The notes beneath the pieces were generated by a model. It was not told the DNA's origin, ran no database searches, and saw only the letters and a program-made list of their open reading frames with translations. The position numbers were made by a program, and so were the translations under genes. A stretch of DNA of 64,000 bases from Spirochaetia bacterium (GTDB lineage: Bacteria; Spirochaetota; Spirochaetia; SZUA-6; Bin103): the NCBI GenBank assembly GCA_965203055.1, contig OZ241863.1:288001-352000 (forward strand), written 5' to 3'. Positions 62,918 to 64,000 of this stretch are shown here, in pieces (position 1 is the stretch's first letter; every line of letters begins with the position of its first letter).

Positions 62918-63331
62918 TTACAGTGCTGCGGCGAGCCGCCGGCGGAGCGGGTCGATCCGGTTCAGGAGCCGCTCAGCCCGCTGCACGGCATCGGCGGCCT
63001 CGGCCCGCGAGATCGTCTCGAAGTCGCCGTAGTCGACATCGCCGCGCCGCGCCAGCAGCGTCTTGAAGTCCTTGGCGACGGTGACCGGCAGCAGCTTGGT
63101 TCTGATGAAACGGAGCCCGAGCGTGGTCATCGCACCGGCGTGCGACTCCGGGTTCACCCCTTCGAGGATCAACAGAGCGCGAACCCCGTTCAGCGCGGCG
63201 TAGTAGCTGCGATTCACCGCCGTGTTCAGCCGCTCGTCGGCCAGATTGGCGCGCGCATCGGCAAGCGCGGCGCGCGCCTTCGCGAACCGGACGTCGCTCA
63301 GCGCCTGTTTGTCCGGGACGCTCAGGGTCAT
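62918..63331 (-). CDS. HEPN-domain protein
   Basis: AVNRSYYA, SHAGA, RRGDVDY; coupled to the MNT gene. Confidence 0.85.
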   Translation of the reverse strand: MTLSVPDKQALSDVRFAKARAALADARANLADERLNTAVNRSYYAALNGVRALLILEGVNPESHAGAMTTLGLRFIRTKLLPVTVAKDFKTLLARRGDVDYGDFETISRAEAADAVQRAERLLNRIDPLRRRLAAAL

Positions 63332-63651
63332 ACGCTGACGCCGTCCCGCACGACGTTCTGATAGAAGGGTGAACCGTAGCGGCGCTCGAGGGCAAACGTG
63401 GCCGAGCTCCTGATCACCGGGTCGAACGCAATGCCGCTGCGCAATTCCTCTTCGACGCAACTATCGATTACGGCGCGCTCCACCTCCTGACTGCGCGCTC
63501 CTACCACGACGAGCAGGTCGAGGTCGGAATCGCCGCCGTGGTCGCCGCGCACGCGCGATCCGAAGGCGCGGATGTCCTTTACCTCATCCTGCAGGCGCGC
63601 TCTGATCGCGGCGCCGACTCTCGCCGCGGCATCCCGTGTGTGTGCGTACAC
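63328..63651 (-). CDS. Minimal nucleotidyltransferase (MNT)
   Basis: FGSRVRGDHGGDSDLDLL (GS-x10-DxD). Confidence 0.88.
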   Translation of the reverse strand: MYAHTRDAAARVGAAIRARLQDEVKDIRAFGSRVRGDHGGDSDLDLLVVVGARSQEVERAVIDSCVEEELRSGIAFDPVIRSSATFALERRYGSPFYQNVVRDGVSV

Positions 63652-63794
63652 CGCCCTACCCTCGATCAGAATATACCGAACCGGCCAACCCCACCACCAC
63701 CGGCCGCCATCCCTTACCGAGCGCGGTGTCGGCGCCTTGACGTTCCCGCCGGGCCGGGACTACGGTGCTCAACCGACGATGGCGCACTCCCACT

Positions 63795-64000
63795 ATGCTT
63801 GAGAACCTGTCGGTCAAGACATTCAAGTCGCTTGAGGACGTTACCGTTGACCTTGGATTGGTCAACGTCTTCGTCGGGGCCAACGGCAGCGGCAAGAGCA
63901 ACCTGTTGGAGGCTCTGGGCGTGCTGTCTGAGGCGGCGGACGGCAGAGTGAATGATCAGAACCTGCTGGCTCGCGGCGTTCGCCCCGGTGTTCCGGCACT
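63795..64000 (+). CDS. ABC/AAA_21-type ATPase, N-terminal part (runs off the window)
   Basis: Manual translation MLENLSVKTFKSLEDVTVDLGLVNVFVGANGSGKSNLLEALG. Confidence 0.85.
   Translation, partial: MLENLSVKTFKSLEDVTVDLGLVNVFVGANGSGKSNLLEALGVLSEAADGRVNDQNLLARGVRPGVPA

Overview
High-GC bacterial DNA. The signal peptides of the solute-binding proteins look Spirochaetota-like, but that is only an inference. Catabolic and ABC-transport blocks alternate with two decayed defence/mobile islands. Island 1 (about 5.9-20.3 kb) holds an ISL3, a broken HigBA-like toxin-antitoxin pair, an internally deleted Eco57I-like RM gene, a lipoprotein split by an IS256, and an AT-richer reverse transcriptase-nitrilase fusion of about 1,200 codons (UG1/DRT1-like). 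That RT gene can be rebuilt across three frameshifts and an IS21 insertion. Island 2 (about 36.1-48.4 kb) holds two Schlafen/AlbA_2-HATPase genes flanking a lone DprA-like gene, an AAA relic, an orphan DUF1156 methylase and an AAA-PD-(D/E)XK gene. It also holds a transposase-less element bounded by ISKra4-type inverted repeats that carries an HNH gene with an internal array of palindromic repeats. Four complete IS elements were delimited by inverted repeats and target duplications. Other notable points: a tRNA-Asn ends 4 nt before oppD and supplies its apparent RBS, an operon pairs two Thr-nucleophile sulfatase-like enzymes with LarA, and many genes have leaderless-type promoters. All family assignments come from recognising motifs by eye; no searches were run.
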